From NCBI RefSeq assembly GCF_009834535.1, contig NC_045697.1:5458001-5522000 (forward strand): a stretch of DNA of 64,000 nt. The letters are read 5' to 3'. Below are positions 61,340 through 64,000 of this stretch, piece after piece (position 1 is the first letter of the stretch; each line of letters begins with the position of its first letter). Made by a program: the position numbers and the translations under genes. The DNA comes from Camelus ferus. Taxonomy: Eukaryota. Under the pieces are notes generated by a model that was not told the origin of the DNA, did no database searches, and was given only the letters and a program-made list of their open reading frames with translations.

Positions 61340-61750
61340 AACAGCCCTAGGAAATCGCGACGACAACCGTGTATTTAGGAAAGGGAGCGGTACAGGCAGC
61401 AGGGTTGTTCCTCAGAGAAGAGCACGCCGCTGCCAGCCTCCCGGACGCGCGGATGCGCGGCCTCTCGGGAAGGGGAGGTGGTGGCGCGGACTCCCCGTGG
61501 CAGTTTGAAGCCTGAAGGTTTGAGCGCGGACACACACGGCTACTGTTTCCCAGGCTGAGTCTCTGCCCACAGAATGGTGTTTTTGGCTTAGTCCGGAGCT
61601 CAATTTTATGAAAAGGCTTCTCTCTAAAGTGCCCGTTGGACGGATACCGAAAAATTTGCCCTCAAAGTAAACAACTGGGGAAGTGGTGGAGCTACTATAA
61701 AAGGTGGTGGCCAGACCCACCCGAGTCTGCAAGCCCCTGGCCCCCTGCTT
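61340..61750 (+). promoter_or_regulatory. CpG-rich element with canonical TATA box (candidate promoter)
   Basis: CpG cluster 61340-61540; FOX GTAAACA 61667-61673; TATAAAAG 61696-61703. Confidence 0.45.
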
Positions 61751-61889
61751 AGAAGGACCACCTGAGGGAACCTGGGATCCACGAGCTGGACCACAGCCTC
61801 CATCCATCTTTGATATTGCCTGCTTTTTAATGTGGACATCACCTCTATGACAGTAAACTCTTCATTTTGTTTTTAGCTGAGAATCTAGT

Positions 61890-62065
61890 TTTTTAAATTT
61901 TTTAATTGATTTTTTAATTGAGGTATAGTCAATTTATAATGTTGTGTCAGTTTCTGGTGTACAGCACAATGCTTCAGTCATACATGAACATACATATATT
62001 CATTTTCATATTCTTTTTCACCATAAGCTACTACAAGATACTGAATATATTTCCCTGTGCTATAA
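61890..62065 (-). mobile_element. Short lineage-specific L1 3' end
   Basis: 'ttttaattgaggtatagtcaatttataatgttgtgtcagtttctggtgtacagc...ttccctgtgctata', same family as 149 and 7181. Confidence 0.9.
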
Positions 62066-62953
62066 ATTTTAAATTAATTTTTAAATTAATTTTTAAAATT
62101 ATGTGTTAAGCCAACTTTGGAGTCCGCTTGTCATCTCTGACTTTTTTTTTTAATCTCTGACTTCTTTAAGATGTCAGTTAGACCTAATTCTAAAATGTTT
62201 TTTTCCTCCTCAATTTATATATTCTATTTATTTGAGAAACCCTCTCTTTCTGTGTCTATTTTAGGGTGATTTCTAGGGAATCAATAGACCAACAAATAAT
62301 ATGGCTGTTTTCTGTTTTTTCATAGAAATGCTCCCATTCGATACACCTCTCATTTGTGTTTGCATTATGATGTAAACACAAACCCCCAGACCTCCCCTGA
62401 CAAATTCCAGGGCTCAGTGGGAACACAGCATGATGTACAATTAGCTTTAAATCATCGTAAATACCTCCTAACTCGATTAGCTCCAGGCCCAAGATGCTAT
62501 CTGCTGGGGGAGATATCTCAGAGCTTAGGGAATCCTCTGCAGAAAAACACTCCCACTAAGAGCCACCCCAGAGTCACAGGCAGCCGCCTCACCAACCCAC
62601 CTGCTTGGTAAAGAGTGAAAGTAGAGGCTGCACGTTGGTGAAACCGACACTCCGTTTTGACAATCGAACATGCTTCCGTAACACGGTGGAGACTGAGCGG
62701 TGAGTGGAGAGAGGGGAGTTTACTCTCCACTGAAAAGGTTCGGTGGAGAATTTCAGTGAGACCAGGGGCCAGGGGTAGGGAGCTGGGTGATGGCTTAGAA
62801 CTAATAATAGCCAACTCAGATAGCCCTGGCAGAATAAAAGGCAGAGAGAGACAGATCCTTAGATACCCTTATCTTTGTATTCTGGCATTGGTTTGTTATT
62901 GGAAACAAATATGGGAATAGCTCCTAGGAATTCAGAACAGGAAATAACAAGAC

Positions 62954-63125
62954 GGATGATGGATGGATGGATGGATGGATGGATAGGTGAGTGGGTTGGT
63001 AGATGCATGGATGGATAGATGGGTGGATAGACAAGTAGACAGGTGAGAGGGTAGGTAGACAGGTGAACAGGTGGATGGGTGGATATACAGGTGGGTGGGT
63101 ATGGGGATGAGTGGATAGGTGGGTA
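62954..63125. repeat. (TGGA)n / (TGGG/TAGA) degenerate simple repeat
   Basis: Read directly. Confidence 0.9.
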
Positions 63126-63199
63126 AACAGAATAAGCCTTTTCCCATTTTTATATGTAAGTTCATTATAGCAGTCCCTCTTCAACATTCACAGATCTTT

Positions 63200-63455
63200 T
63201 ACTTTAAAAATTGCCATCAAGCACTGAATATAGTAAAACAGGGACTCTATGTCCACTGCTAGTGGACATATAAACTGGTACAGCATTTCCAGATGTAAAG
63301 CTTGTGGAGAATATTGAAAAGATTGGTGCACAACGTTTACACTGGCGCTACAGTAGCCAAGAGGGGGAAGCAGCCCAAACAGGCCGACGGAGAAGCAAAA
63401 TGTGGTCCATACATACAACGGAAAATTCAGCCTTAAAAGGGAAGGAAGTTCTTTT
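63200..63455 (+). mobile_element. Old L1 ORF2-end fragment
   Basis: 'aagcaaaatgtggtccatacatacaacggaaaattcagccttaaaagggaaggaagttct'. Confidence 0.7.
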
Positions 63456-63654
63456 TTTAAACGATTTTTAATAGTTCAACTAAAAACAGAATAATATTGA
63501 TCAGACTTGCTGCCGATCTAATGCTGACCGCGGATCCTCCCCGTGGGAACACAGAGCAGCTGAGAGAGAACTGTTCTTCCATGAATGTGCTGGATTGGTA
63601 GAGCGTCACCCATGTGCCCTTTTCATTCCTTGTTGTGCCAAGGGCATGGCTTTG

Positions 63655-64000
63655 GTTTCTGTCTTGTTTTGTTTTTCCAGCTTTATTGAAGTATATTTGA
63701 CAAAGAACACTGTACATATTTAAAGTGATGATTTGATATGTATACATCTCAATTTAATTAACAAATCCTCACGTCACATGGCTACTTTTTACCTTTTGAC
63801 CAGCATCTCCCCATCTTTCCCACACACACACCTCCCCCCTCCCCAGCCCCTGGTAACCACCATTCAACACTCTGTTTCTGTAAGCTTAACTCTTTCCCCC
63901 CCCCCCCCCCGGATTCCATATATAAGTGATACCATACGGTATCTGTCTTTCTCTGCCTGGCTTGATTCACTTAGCATAATGCTCTCCAGTTTCATCCACC
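63655..64000 (-). mobile_element. L1MA-class 3' end, runs off the window
   Basis: 'ccagctttattgaagtatatttgaca...cccagcccctggtaaccaccattc...gattcacttagcataatgctctccagtttcatcc'. Confidence 0.9.

Noticed and set aside
1..64000. Protein-coding genes among the listed six-frame ORFs (longest about 220 aa at 19230, 19382, 52925)
   Set aside because: No recognisable domain. Composition is Pro/Gly/Arg/Ser-rich as expected from GC-rich non-coding DNA, the ORFs overlap MIR/LTR relics, and I see no consistent exon chain.

Overview
Mammalian (eutherian) non-coding DNA, most likely from a camelid (alpaca, llama or camel). The species inference rests on two tRNA-derived SINEs resembling the camelid Vic-1 family and on several young L1 3' ends of a matching type; family names are recalled from consensus sequences, not from a search. 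I find no credible protein-coding exon: the only recognisable protein text in the ORF track is decayed L1 ORF2/ORF1. Much of the window is transposon relics: L1, HAL1, L2, MIR, MaLR/ERVL LTRs, one relatively young ERV1-type solo LTR, and Tigger1, MER45, MER53, MER58 and MER5 DNA transposons. Between them are repeat-free blocks rich in homeodomain, HOX-PBX/MEIS, SOX and FOX motifs, an orphan CpG island at ~41.3-42.05 kb with a splice donor, and a CpG-rich TATA-box element at ~61.3-61.75 kb. The overall picture is a gene desert or large intron with candidate distal enhancers and possible lncRNA promoters. I see no CRISPR, rRNA, true tRNA gene or novel multi-gene system. The most unusual local structures are a ~70 bp duplicated segment that appears pasted into an old L1/HAL1 5' region, and a tiny poly(A)-tailed insertion between imperfect direct repeats. 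Boundaries of old repeats are approximate.
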